From assembly GCA_964188305.1 (NCBI GenBank), contig OZ076894.1: 64,000 nucleotides of DNA; one strand, 5' to 3'. Of the stretch, positions 24,601 through 37,900 are shown piece by piece (the stretch's first letter is position 1; the number at the start of each line of letters is the position of its first letter). The DNA is from Podarcis bocagei (taxonomy: Eukaryota). A program made the position numbers and the translations under genes. Below the pieces are notes generated by a model that saw only the letters and a list, made by a program, of their open reading frames with translations, was not told the origin of the DNA and did no database searches.

Positions 24601-27600
24601 GTGAGTATGGGTAGAAATGGAACCTGAAAAAGGAAGAATCTCGTCAAGTGGGACTGGGCAAAATGTGGGTAGCAAAGGAGTCCGCCCAAATGGAATACGT
24701 GTGTCATAGGATGTGATCCTGGGGCTGGGAAAATGGCTGTAGCCCTCTGCGTGTTCTTGGGCTCTGACTATCATTAGCCCCAGGATAGTTCAGTCAGTAG
24801 AGCTTGAGACACTTAATCCCAGGAACGTGGGCTTGAACCCCGCATTGGGCAAAATATTTCTGCATTGGGAGGGGGGTGGACTAGAGGACCCTTGTGGTCC
24901 CTTCCAACTCTACAATTCTGTGATTTGATGATGGGAATTGTAGTCCTAATAGCAGAACTAAATGTCTTGGAAGAGGCCATGGAAGCTTAAGCAGGTGCAC
25001 TGCGCACTGCATGATTTTGTTGCAGGTCCCACTAATTTCTTGTTGGCCTTATGTGCCAAAGCACCCACCAATTATGTTTCAGCTGATGTGGAATGGGCAT
25101 ATGAACAGCAGAAAATTTTATATATCTATACTTTCCGTTGTATATAGTTGATTATAGGAAGGGACTCATCCTGCTGTAGATGAAATAGCAAGATGGGGAG
25201 CAGATGGAATTTATAGGCTGCAATCCATTGCACATTTAAATAGGAGTAAGCCCCTTTGAAACACAGTGACACTTTCAAGTAAACATACATAGGATTGCTC
25301 AGTAATTCACCATAACAAACCCAAAGACATTGTTCCCTCTGTGTGCTTTAGGGCTGGAATAAGGGGGAGGTTCTCAGATGGCAGGACATTATGGCAGAGA
25401 GGATAACATTGTTCATAAATGTAACTGTTTCTTAATGGTGGACTGAGTGCCCTCACACTATAATATTAAAGCAATGGAGCACATAGCTTTTAAAGAGATT
25501 TAGCAATACTTGATAAATAATTGTTCATTTTAAATGTGACAAATTGATGTGGGAAACTTGTGCCAATTGTCAGGAGTCGCATTATGGGCACTGTCCAATA
25601 GCTGCCTGTGAGATCAGCGCAACATTTCACACAGTTCTCTCTAGACGGAAGTAGGAAATTGCAACCAATCCAGCAACCAAATATAATACTGCAATTAGGA
25701 TTTCCCTACAACAGAAATGCTGTCTCCAAAGAAAATGCTTAGAGCATGGGTGGGTGACCTGTGGCTCTCCTGTGGACTACAACTCCCATCACCCCTGGTC
25801 ATTGGTCATACTAGCTGAGGCTGCTGGGAGTTGGAGCCCAACAACTTTTGGAGAGCTGCAGTTTCCTAACCACTGTCTTAGAGAATACATTGTGCTTTCA
25901 CAAATATATGAAACCAATTCTATTCAGAATGCACTGCAGTAAGCTGATACCATGTCTCCTCTGGGACGGCGTGGCATCTCTTTTCCTAATTTCATAGGTA
26001 TGACCATCTTGCTGACATGCTGGCCAAGATTCTGGATGAGCGACCTGAAAACCCAGCTGACATAATTGAGAACATCAGTAAGGAAGTGAAGTGTGCTCGG
26101 TTCCAGAAGAAATTGGACACTCTCCGAGACGAATATGAGAAACATCCAACTTTTGAACTGGCTGAAATGTATAAGACATTGTTCCAGAAAGGTGGTGGAG
26201 AAGGAACAGACCAAGAAATGGAAGAGGAATTGGTGAGTCACTGCAACACATAAAAACTGAAAAACTCATTGACACCTGCCCAACTCTACTCTTCCCCATT
26301 CAGAATGCTAGCAATAAACTGTTAAAAGCTAGAACAGGTCAATTCCCCTTTCTTCAGTTTTCTTTCTCTTACCCTCAGCTCTCTCTCAACAATCTGTAAG
26401 TCCTGGAAGCTCAAAGGTCCTTGTCAGAACCACTGGGCTCAGTCATAGTTGTAGAAAGAGCATAAGGAATTTGTGTCTGGTTAAACTGAATTATTAAGCT
26501 CACAATAGCCTTAACATGCTTATTTTCCAGGCCCATGAATTTGCATGCATACAAGCAAGGCAGCAATTTTGTTCATACTTACTTGGGAGTAAATCCCATT
26601 GAACTCAGTAAACTGAACACAAATTTAGGATCACTATGTACAGAAGTAAATAATTATTGACAACAAAAGCTGTTTATAATTATGCTTATCTAATTTTGGC
26701 ACTTTCCCCCGCTAGCCAGAAACTCCTCTACCCAATGTCATGGAGACAGCCTTCTATTTTGAACAGGCTGGAATTGGCTTGAGCTTAGAAGAATATTACC
26801 ACATATTCCTGGCCCTCAAACAGCTGGTCAACACACATCCAATCCAGACTTGTCGCTTCTGGGGCAAAATCCTAGGCATTGAAGCAAACTATATTGTAGC
26901 TGAAATTGAGTTCCGTGAGGGAGAGGAGGAGGAAGAGGCAGAGGAGGAGGAATTGGCTGAGGAGGGACAAAAAGAGGGGAGCGAAGGCAGAGATGAGGAT
27001 GAAGAGGAAGATGAAGAAAAAGATGAGCCACCAAAGCCGAACTACAAGCCACCACCAGTAATACCAAAAGAAGATAATCGAACAGGGGCCAATAAATACA
27101 CTTATTTTGTTTGCAATGAACCAGGGAAACCCTGGGTGAGATTACCCCATGTGACACCTGCGCAGATAGTGAATGCCCGGAAGATCAAGAAATACTTCAC
27201 TGGAAGACTAGATGCTCCCATTGTGAGTTACCCACCTTTCCCAGGCAATGAGTCCAATTACCTGCGAGCCCAGATTGCCCGCATTTCAGCAGCAACCCAG
27301 ATCAGCCCATTGGGCTTTTATCAATTTGGAGAAGAGGAAGGAGATGAAGAGGAAGAGGGAGGAGCTGGAAGGGACAGTTATGAAGAAAATCCTGACTTTG
27401 AGCCTATTTCTGTGCCAGAGTTGGTAGAATCCCTTGCCAACTGGGTCCACCATGTACAGAATATTCTAATGCAGGTATGCTTAAGGAGTTTACAGAGCAT
27501 CACATAGGGCTCACTAAGTGCCTTTTTTATTATTAAGGGGTCTATCAATAAATAGTGATAAATACATCTTACAATCATACAAAGACTATATTTAGATGAA

Positions 27601-30600
27601 ACATTGTCTTCATTGCTTCTTGCTTGACCAAACAGTGCTGGATGGCCTTATATCCTCCCTTTTCCAACACCAATGCAGATGGGCTGCTTTGGCGAGTGTC
27701 CTGAACAGCTGCAGCAACTCAGCCTGATGGTCTATATAGGCTCAGCAGTGCCTAGTCCTGATAAAAGTAACCTCCCAGAAACAACACCCTCTTAGAGGCC
27801 TCTGCTTTTACAAGGGATGAGTGGGTAGGGGGCTGATGTTAAAGAATATCAGTGCAATCATACCTTGGATCCCGAACGCCTTGAGACTCAAACGTTTTGG
27901 CTCCAGAACGCCGCAAACCCAGAAGTGAGTGTTACAGTTTGCAAATGTTTGTTGGAACCCGAATGTTCAATGTGGCTTCCGATTGCGTGCAGGAAGCTCC
28001 TGCAGCCAATTGAAAGCCGCACCTTGGTTGTCGAACATTTTTGGAAGTTGAACAGACTTCCGGAATGGATTCTGTTTGTCAGCCAAGGTACAACTGTATC
28101 TTTCCCCACTCCCCATCTTCCAGCAGCCCAGCCCTCTTTTAACGGTCAGGAACATCAGGCTGGGGAGCCAGATATCTGTCTGTCTGGCCCTTGGAACACT
28201 CTCCAGGCCACACCCCAAGTTCTTCCCTCACTGGAATGTCTCCTTGAACTCTGATGAGGCCTGTTGCTCATCTGGATGGAGAAAATAAAGCAATGTGTGA
28301 ATACACATAACTGTACAAAGGTAACATCTACATTAATTGCTCTGCTCACTTGTTTCTGGCTCTGCCCATACACAATAGAATCTGGTCCTTGGGCTGAAAG
28401 GTTCCCCCACCTCTGCTCTAGATAGATAACACTCTGTCTTAGAGCACCCAGCTGCTTAGTCCTCCTTTTGGCCCATGGCATGTAGTGTCCTCCAGTTGAA
28501 GCAAGTTCAACATTTCACATTGGGACCTGTGCATGAAATCCAGTAGATACAGGAGGAAAGCCACATGTGCCTTATGAGAGGCTACTCTGCTTTTGCAGGG
28601 CATGGGATTACATTCAAAAGGCATAGCAGAGATGGAGGTTAACACAAAAAAATGAACACTCACAAAGAGAAACGGGGAAAAAATAAAGAGTGCTTTAAGA
28701 ATCCAATTGAGTATAAATTCCCTCTGTTCCTTCCTTTTTGTAAGATGCCCATGGCTTCATATTATTAGCAAAGGAATATTGCCTTACTGGATGCTAACCA
28801 AGTTCACATTAATCTTGCTTTGTAACCCATGGTATATTGCATGTAGGGACGCTGTACTTGGGTTAATCCCTATCAAAAATCAGAGGAAGAAGAAGAAGAG
28901 GATGAGGAAGAGGAGAGACCAGATGAACAAGAAGAATCACAAGAAGTAGGACCCCCACTTCTCACGCCACTCTCTGAAGATGCAGGTACACCAGTGGCCA
29001 GACATGTTTGATGCTTTCCCCCCTTTCCTTTACAGATATTACAGACTTGGAGGCATTGGCAGAAAGCAGTGCAGAAAGAAGGTGGTGGTTTGGGATTGTA
29101 GATCATTAAGTATTTCTAAAATGAATCAACTCTTCATAGTGATTTTTAATAGTATAGTTTTAAAAAGGGGAACTCATTTTTCCTCAATCAAACATGGAAG
29201 TAAGGCAACAACAGGGACTTCAGTTGGAATGTAGATTAATGCTAACATTTTTATCAGCCAAAGAAAATCCTGTGTTGCAAAACAGGACACTCTAAACAAC
29301 AACAAGCAACACGTCGGCTACAACAACAACAAGCAATACTAACAAAATCTTTATAATATTATACTGTTTCGAAATTCATAAACAGAAGACATATGATATG
29401 TGCATATGTGCATGGAGTCGCAAATAACAGGTGTCAAATAAGTGTTCCATAAACAAGAATGGTAGGCGTGGTAAGTCACTGAGATGGAGGCAAAATACCT
29501 TTCCAAGGTCAGTAGCCTATAAATGTAAGGTGATAGGTGCTCCGAACGTAGCAGTAGGGTACTCCAAGCACAGCAGCAAACAGAACACTTCTTCCAGGAT
29601 AATGAACTATTTCAATGATAATTCTTCATCAGGTGGCAATGAAATACATTACATTCAAATACAATACAGAGATTGAAATGACAGGCCTGCATATAAACAA
29701 CCCATAATAAATACATACCAAATTAATTGTCCCCAAAGGTACATCAATTGGCCATGGATCAGCAATCACTTACAAGTGTAGCAAGCTGATACTTTTGGCA
29801 GAACCCTAGTAGCATTATGAAGGCTATCCACAGGTACAATGAATCACACAAAATTTCTGTACAGGAGAGCATCGATCCCACATTAGGATCAAGTCATGGA
29901 GGCACCTCTAGTTGAGCACTTTGTAATACACCATCATGCAGATACAGACCTACTTTACACAGTCCTATGGGTTAATCAGAGAAAATTTGGGATGAGGAGA
30001 GATCATCTTAAATTACTGTGCCAACAAAAAACCAGACTGATTTACTTGTTTAAATCCCTTCACCCGGGGAGTTTGAATACTGAATTAGATTTCAATTGTT
30101 TTATTTAAGTTTTCTGATAAAGATGGCTACTGTTTGTGTTCTCTTTGCTAGATGTTGGATACTGTAGCTTTAAATTTCCTGAAGTTTTATGCGATCCATT
30201 GCACCTGTGGATAGGTGATACTGATACTGTTGGCAGAACCCTAAAGGCTTTCTCCAGGTGCAATGAATCACATAAAATTTCAGGAAATTTAAAGATACAG
30301 TATGTTTAGAACATTTTTATCAGGGCATCTTCAATAAATCATTGGCTTAATCAATCTATCTTAGCATTGCTTGTCTCAGTCCATTCAAAGAACATGGGGG
30401 CATTCTCATTGAAATATCAGTGAAACTAAAAAGACTGAAAGCATTTTTCGCAGAGAGACAGCCATACTCATGTTTTCTTCCTTAGGTTAACATCAACATA
30501 AAGTTACAAATGGTGTGATGTATGTAAGAGAAGTGTGCCCGTTCAGGGTTTGAGCCAGCTTGGAAGACTTAATATTGTATGTGCCTCACATTAGGCAACA

Positions 30601-32798
30601 TTTTTGTTTATTTCCGTCCTTCCTGAAAAGATCCCTCACTGTCCTGATGATGCTTTTTCTTCAAACTGTTTAAGAAATGTACTCTAGCATGTTTTATCCT
30701 CAGGTAAAAGTTTTACACATGCAAAATGTCTTACTTAATTTTTCTCAAGTAACCAAGAATAAATTTGTTTCTTAAACAGACATTCAGAACATCCCACCAT
30801 GGTCAGCAGAGACATCAACAAACTTAGTTCCTCAATATGCCCTTGCAGTTCTTCAGGCCAATTTATGGCCTGGGGCTTACGCCTTTGCTATTGGAAGGTA
30901 AGAAGCAGAAATCACTTGGGTTGCATGATAATCTGTTGTTTCTTATTCTAATTGTATAATCTTTCCAAAGCTGCTATTAGGTTTTCCTTTTTTTAATAAA
31001 AAAGGATTTTTATTAAGTTTTCCATTTTAACAATCCAATCAAATCACATTAAATATTCCAGATTATACCCTATTAGGTTTTCCAAGGAATGGGTGCCAGT
31101 AGAGGCTTCTTTTGAAATGCTAATAGCAATTTCAGGGAAGCCATTTTTGGCAAGCCTGTGGAAGGGAGCGGAAGGGTTAAACGTTCACTTCTCGTCTTTC
31201 ATTTGGCCTTAAGTTTCTTTTTCGTCATATCTGGAAGGAGAAGCAAGCAGTGAGTGTATGCCACCTGAACTGTAATGTGCAATTCTTGTATCAATTAATT
31301 GGAGGAGCATTATATTGTTGTTCCAATCATTTTGGAAATGAGCCATAGTGGAGACTGTGATGTCTTTGTGATTTATACAACCTGAGTCTACAATGGAGGG
31401 GATCACAGCACATCACCCCAGGAGGCTCTTGCTTTTCCTATAGCCACAGCCTTGAATTCCGGCAGAAATTAGGCCTGGTTTTTTCTGACTTTCCAGCCTG
31501 CTGCTTTTGCATCAAGCTTCTAGCTCTCATAACTCAACTCTCCCCTCTGGCCTTTTGTCTTTCTAACTAACTTGACATTATGTTGTTGTTGTTTAGTCGT
31601 TTAGTCGTGTCCGACTCTTCATGACCCCATGGACCAGAGCACGCCAGGCACTCCTGTCTTCCACTGCCTCCCCCAGTTTGGTCAAACTCATGCTGGTAGC
31701 TTCGCAAACACCATCCAACCATCTCATCCTCTGTCGTCCCCTTCTCCTTGTGCCCTCTATCTTTCCCAACATCAGGGTCTTTTCCAGGGAGTCTTCTCTT
31801 CTCATGAGATGGCCAAAGTACTGGAGCCTCAGCTTCACGATCTGTCCTTCCAGTGAGAACTCAGGGCTGGTTTCCTTAAGAATGGACCAGTTTGATCTTT
31901 TTGCAGTCTATGGGACTCTCAAGAGTCTCCTCCAGCACCATAATTCAAAAGCATCAATTCTTCGGCGATCAGCCTTCTATATGGTCCAGCTTTCACTTCC
32001 ATACATCACTACTGGGAAAACCATTGCTTTTACAATACGGACCTTTGTTGGCAAGGTGATGTCTCTACTTTTTAAGATGCTGTCTAGGTTTACTTGACAG
32101 TATACAGTGGGCCATTACCAGGCTGGCCTGGATATTCCAGCAATCGAATCCATGCTGGATCCAGAAATTAGAAGGGGACGCATACACACACCCCAAAACA
32201 ACAACAACAACACTATGATGTGATCACGGTATGAGGGTATGCATTTCCTTCATTTGCTGTGATTTTGGGGGAAGGTAATGCAATGTCACTTCACATATTT
32301 TTCTTTACTAAGGTGGGAATCTTATACTGAGCTCCCTGGGAGCAAGTCCCATTGAACTCAAGAGGGCTTTCTTTTGAGTAAGCATGCATAGGATCCAGCT
32401 GTTAATCTTTCAGATGGTAGACGGTACAGAGGAGGAAACCTTGCAATTAAGCTTTGGCAGTAGCCATATAGCATACATAAAATATAGATCCAGCCTCAAG
32501 CCTTGGAGAGAAAGGACAGTTGGATTTTTCCTTTCAAATAATATTATATTTCACTTCTCCCTTTAGGAAATTTGATAACATCTACATTGGCTGGGGTCAC
32601 AAATACAGTGCAGAAAATTTCAGCCCTCAGTTGCCGCCGCCCGTGCAAACTGAGTACCTTAGTGGGCCAGAAATCACAGAAACAACAGACCCAACTGTGG
32701 AAGAAGAGATGGCACTCAAGGCTGCACAAGAGGAAGCACTGGCAGCTGAAGAAATGGAAGAGATGGATGAGGAAGAGGATGAAGAGGATGATGATTAA
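23942..32798 (+). CDS. RSPH6A: Radial spoke head protein 6 homolog A (RSPH4/6 family), complete 6-exon CDS: join(23942..24600,25998..26232,26716..27474,28847..28985,30780..30897,32567..32798), 713 aa
   Basis: All introns are GT-AG with compatible phases; the spliced CDS is 2142 nt and ends in TAA. Motifs [86 protein letters not shown] and IYIGWGHKY. Diagnostic residues ([30 protein letters not shown]) match RSPH6A better than RSPH4A as I recall them. Confidence 0.9.
24782..24925 (+). mobile_element. tRNA-Lys-like head + CR1-tail SINE (partial copy ~21862-21968)
   Basis: GGATAGTTCAGTCAGTAGAGC..GAC.CTTAATC head; GGTCCCTTCCAACTCTACAATTCT tail. Confidence 0.6.
25998..26232 (+). CDS. RSPH6A: RSPH6A exon 2 ([16 protein letters not shown]...EMEEEL)
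   Basis: acceptor ttcatag, donor gtgagt; phase matches exon 1. Confidence 0.93.
26716..27474 (+). CDS. RSPH6A: RSPH6A exon 3 ([19 protein letters not shown]...[11 protein letters not shown])
   Basis: acceptor gctag, donor gtatgc; core radial-spoke-head domain. Confidence 0.95.
28847..28985 (+). CDS. RSPH6A: RSPH6A exon 4 (GRCTWVNP...[12 protein letters not shown])
   Basis: acceptor atgtag, donor gtacac; conserved family motifs. Confidence 0.93.
29300..30303. mobile_element. Penelope-like element remnant (GIY-YIG C-terminus on +, pLTR-like segment on -) in RSPH6A intron 4
   Basis: ORF 29896-30108 PLVEHF...[31 protein letters not shown] resembles the end of a PLE endonuclease; rearranged duplicated segments; boundaries approximate. 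Confidence 0.6.
30780..30897 (+). CDS. RSPH6A: RSPH6A exon 5 (IQNIPPWS...[12 protein letters not shown])
   Basis: acceptor aaacag, donor gtaaga. Confidence 0.93.
31581..32092 (-). mobile_element. Bov-B/RTE LINE 3' fragment in RSPH6A intron 5
   Basis: [25 protein letters not shown]; (GTT)n tail on the + strand. Confidence 0.9.
32567..32798 (+). CDS. RSPH6A: RSPH6A exon 6 ([13 protein letters not shown]...acidic tail, stop)
   Basis: acceptor ctttag; ends EEDDD-TAA. Confidence 0.93.
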
Positions 32799-33934
32799 AT
32801 TCCAAAGAGCAAGAATTGCTATAATTTTTTTTTCCTAAGCATGTATAAACTTTTCTACTAATGTATTAGAATAAGCAAAGTATAATATATAGAAATATAT
32901 GAATAGCTGTTGGATTAATTTCAAAGAAGTGTTTTGTCTTACTGTTTTTAGGACTGGTGCTTTTACTGTAGTTAGATGAAAAGCTTTACCTGTTAATGGA
33001 GTCACTTGGAGACCTTGGCAACAAGCAACTAATACATCTCATTAATGTTATCATTATTAATAATATTAGAACAAACAGAGTGCTGAATGTTCAGACAGAC
33101 AAACTTTGTCCTAATCCTTCTCACACTGTATAACAGCACATGTTTTTTCTATGAGTCAACCATAAGGGGGTCTGAAAGGTAGGGTATAAACATTTTAATA
33201 TATAAATATCATAATTACTCTTCATGAAGTCAGGCCAGTACTTTTCTGGTAGCATTAAGGCCCAAACAAGAACATTGGGGGGGATGGTAACTTGATCTCC
33301 CAACTTAAAAATCAACTTTAAAGCTGCTCTGTGGGTTCCCATTTTTTTAATTTTTTGTAGCAGTGCTAGGGAAGGGGATGTTTAACATTTTCCCCATGCT
33401 TATTTCTCAATCTAAATCAGCACCTCACAGCTGCTGTTAGACACACCACGGAACAGATAGAGGTACTTCGGAGTGGAGATTTAGATTGGGGAAACAGCGC
33501 AGGGGGAAAAGGCTTAAAAACACTAGCAAATGATTCCGTGCTGGATCCAGGGATTATTAGAAGGGTGTGGCATACAGCCTACTTCCTCCCCGCCAAACTC
33601 ATAACAATATATACATCTGCGGTGACCACTCAAAATAGCAGCTGTAAGCTATTACCTCTTAGCCACTTCCCCTCCACTTGTGATAATAACTATTAACTGC
33701 TAAAAAAAATTTGCGCTGACAAGGCAGTTTTTTAAAAAGTTCGAAAACCCTCGAAATTCACACATACCCGACCTAGAGGGGGCGGGGTATATGATTTTCC
33801 TGCCATTTATTCTACAGGAGGAGGGTGACACCGCTGCCCAATTACATTCGTGATACGTTCTTGAGTTCCCGGTTGTTTTGAGGCTGTTCTTATTTTTTCT
33901 GTAAACATTTTTTCTGTAAAGACATCTTAAGGCA

Positions 33935-34041
33935 GCCCTGTTTAGGGAAGTTTTTAATATTTAATGCTGTATTGTTTTTAACACTTGATTGGAAGCTGCC
34001 CAGAGTGGCTGGGGAAACTCAGCCAGATGGGCGGGGTATAA

Positions 34042-34125
<84 letters not shown>
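33935..34125 (+). mobile_element. L2 3' UTR with long (TAT)n microsatellite (34043-34125)
   Basis: GCCCAGAGTGGCTGGGGAAAC...GGGGTATAAA followed by TAT repeats. Confidence 0.75.
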
Positions 34126-34127
<2 letters not shown>

Positions 34128-34339
34128 ACTGCCTTGAGTCCTTGCCAAGGGCGTAAAGCGATAAATATTTTCCTACGGGCAGCTGCAGCTGGCACTTTTA
34201 ATCAGCTGGGTGGTGGGGGAGGCGCTCTAAATAAACAGGAAAATATGCCCCGCTCTGCCTCTCAATCCAAAAGCGCTTCTGAGGAACTATTGGAACAAAA
34301 AGTGTAAAGTAACAAGGCTTAGCAGCTTCTTCCGCGAGC

Positions 34340-34854
34340 AACACAAGCGCTTTAAAGCGGACGCATTTAATCAACGCGCTCGCAAGGCAGAGAATCCGAT
34401 ACAGCCAATCAGCAAGCGGCTTTCTGCCTGGCCTGACCCCACCCAAGAGCGACAACGAGGCTGAGGGGAGGCAGGGGAAACAACAAAGGAACCTTTTTAA
34501 CCCTATCACCACCGCGGCCCTTTTAAAACAAGGAAAAGGGGGAAGCCAGGGGAGTAGTCCGCCCTCATTTCACTCATTTCCCGAGGGACAAGAAGGAGGC
34601 TCGAATCTGTCGAAATTCCCTTTGGTACTTTATACAGGGTCGAGCGCTCTTTGTCTCATCGCCTCCCCCCGCCCAGGCGCCTGAGATGGATTCGCCCGTC
34701 CACCCCCTTTCCTTAGACATTAGTGCGGTCCAACTTGTGGGCGGGGACGTCACCAACGGACCAATAGAAAAGGGTCCCGGGGGGAAATTCAAACTGTGGA
34801 AGTGAAATTGAGGTCCGGTGGCGGGTGAGGGCGGTGGCGGCTTCATTTGGAGAG
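34340..34854 (+). promoter_or_regulatory. CENPE CpG-island promoter with GC boxes, CCAAT (34761) and inverted CHR TTCAAA (34788-34793)
   Basis: Motifs read directly; CCAAT plus CHR is the established architecture of DREAM/MMB-FOXM1 G2/M promoters. Confidence 0.7.
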
Positions 34855-34910
34855 ATGGCTGAGGAAGGCGGCGTCACGGTCTGCGTGCGGGTGCGCCCGC
34901 TTATTGCGAG
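34855..34910 (+). CDS. CENPE: CENPE exon 1
   Basis: [18 protein letters not shown]; donor gtgagt. Confidence 0.93.
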
Positions 34911-37900
34911 GTGAGTTTCTGAGGGAGGGGGAATGGAAGTGCACAATAATTCCCCCACATCTTGCTCCGCGTTTACTCCGAAGTAACCCCTCCCTGGTGT
35001 TTCTAAGGGGTCTACTTCGAAGTAAGCACGCGTGGAGAGGTGCGCGGCCTTAACAGCCTGGCTAAACATGCATGCGAAGGAAGCCTTACTCTTCAATAGG
35101 GCGCACATCCTTTTCCTGCGACTGTCCTCTGTTTCTATTTCTATTTGCTTTTATTTTCTTCTTCCCCCCACTTAAAAAAAAGTAAAATTAAAATGCGCGT
35201 GGGTTAAAAGGAAAAAAATCTGGGTTTTTTAATTGCTGTAACCCCGGCTTGGTGGTGAAGGGCGGGTAATACATTTGCTGTTGAAAATAGTCATGAAAGG
35301 CCTTCCAACCCTGCTTCCCCCCTCTCCTTAAATTTTATTATTTATACCCCGCCCATCTGGCTGTGGTTAGAGCAGTGGTTCCCGACCTTTGTCTGACCAT
35401 GCCCCACCTAAGCATCTCTAAAATCCTGATGCCCCCCTCCCCCATGACATATAATTCTTATTACTCAAAAAGTGAACTCCTATTCACGTGGAGGAAGCCT
35501 AAAAGGGCATTGACTGTTGATAACTCATTCTCAAATTGCCCCCCTGTGGGGTGTGTGCACCACGTTGGGAACCATCGGACTAGGAGCTGGGAGACCAGGG
35601 TTCAAATCCTCACTCGGCCATGTAGCTTGCTTGGGCCAGTCACTTGACTGACAGCCTAACCTACCTTGCTGGGCCATTGTGGGGTTTAAGTGAGGAAGGG
35701 GGCCACTTTAGCTCCTTGCAGAGGGTGGCATATAAGTTAAGTAAGTAAGCTAAGCTACTTAGAATCATAGAATCATAGAGTTGGAAGAGACCACAAGGGC
35801 CATCGAGTCCAACCCCCTGCCAAGCAGGAAACACCATCAGAGCACTCCTGACATATGGTTGTCAAGCCTCTGCTTAAAGACCTCCAAAGTAGGAGACTCC
35901 ACCACACTCCTTGGCAGCAAATTCCACTGTCGAAGAGCTCTTACTGTCAGGAAGTTCTTCCTAATGTTTAGGTGGAATCTTCTTGCTTGTAGTTTGGATC
36001 CATTGCTCCCTGTCCGCTTCTCTGGAGCAGCAGAAAACAACCTTTCTCCCTCCTCTATGTGACATCCTTTTATATATTTGAACATGGCTATCATATCACC
36101 CCTTAACCTCCTCTTCTCCAGGCTAAACATGCCCAGCTCCCTTAACCGTTCCTCATAAGGCATCGTTTCCAGGCCTTTGACCATTTTGGTTGCCCTCCTC
36201 TGGACACATTCCAGTTTGTCAGTGTCCTTCTTGAACTGTAGTGCCCAGAACTGGACACAGTATTCCAGGTGAGGTCTGACCAGAGCAGAATACAGTGGCA
36301 CTATTACTTCCCTTGATCTAGATGCTATACTCCTATTGATGCAGCCCAGAATTGCATTGGCTTTTTTAGCTGCCGCGTCACACTGTTGGCTCATGTCAAG
36401 TTTGTGGTCAACCAAGACTCCTAGATCCTTTTCACATGTACTGCTCTCAAGCCAGGTGTCACCCATCTTGTATTTGTGCCTCTCATTTTTTTTGCCCAAG
36501 TGCAATACTTTACATTTCTCCCTGTTAAAATTCATCTTGTTTGTTTTGGCCCAGTTCTCTAATCTGTCAAAGTCGTTTTGAAGTGTGATCCTGTCCTCTG
36601 GGGTGTTAGCCACCCCTCCCAGTTTGGTGTCATTGCAAATTTGATCAGGATGCCCTTGAGTCCATCATCCAAGTCGTTGATAAAGATGTTGAATAAGACC
36701 TGGCCCAAGACAGAACCCTGTGGCACCCCACTAGTCACTCTTCTCCAGGATGAAGAGGAACCATTGATGAGCACTCTTTGGGTTCGGTCAGTCAGCCAGT
36801 TACAAATCCACTGAGTGGTAGCATAGTCAAGACCGCATTACTTGCAGCCATTCTCTTTCTAGACCGCATTACTTGCAGCCATTCTCTTTCTAGACCCTAG
36901 TTACCTTTGGGTGGCTGACATGAGGTGGACAGAAAGCCTCCTTTGTTCTCCATCTAAGGTCAAGAACCTTCTTCAGCCACTACTGAGAATGTCTGGTTCC
37001 CTGTTTGGGGGGGCTATGGCTTTATCTGTGAGGCTTTATCTGTGAGGCTAATGACATCGTCAGCATCTTAGAGTGAGCCGTATTTCCATAGCGACCACTA
37101 GGGTGATGCTGCTCTCCAGGAAATGGTAGCCATTTCCCCACCACCTTCACTTGGTTGGAGGCAACATCATCTTGTAAGTAGAACAACAATAGCCAGAAGA
37201 ACAGTAGGCAAACTATAGCTAGAGTTGGTGTTTGAGTTTTGGAGTGGGCTGGAGGATGGCTTGACATGCTCCATGCACTAAATCCCAAAGCTCTGGCAGC
37301 AGGTGGGAGGGAGCAGCCCTAGAGATTTATGGAGAAGCAAGATCTGCCAGGGTATTAATGCTGTGAGCCCATCCTATGCTCGGGTTGTATATACAAGTAT
37401 GTGTCAATAAAACCGTATCCTAAAAATGCTACCTGTCTTTTAGGTAGGCGTGTATAGGCTTGTGCTGTAAATCTGAGATGCACTTGTTTTATAATCTTCA
37501 GAAAGTGAATATTATGTCTAAAATGCTCCAGAACGGTATGGGTATACTCTAAAATAGGCATGTTTAAAAAGGCATTTAATCAAACAGGAGCTGGATTTTA
37601 AAAGTTGTTCTTAGAGAGACAAAGCAAACACTCACAGGTGCTTCATTCCTAGGACTGGTTCCACCACCCTTAAATTTGGATACAAATAAGTGTGTACAAT
37701 GCGCTTTGCACATGCTCTGCACAGCAAGGTATTCAATATAACTTGCACATTGTCATAAAGTTAAGTCAACAGCTGCAAACATCTCTAGATTTTTTTATTT
37801 TTTTATTTTCTATACCGCTTTTTATATTTTTAAGAAAAATCACACAGCGGTTTACAGCATATTTAATCAATAAAACATAAAACAATCTGAAGAAAGTCGA

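Noticed and set aside
35837-36613. 258-aa ORF as a host gene
   Set aside because: 5'-truncated CR1 ORF2 C-terminus with a frameshift upstream.
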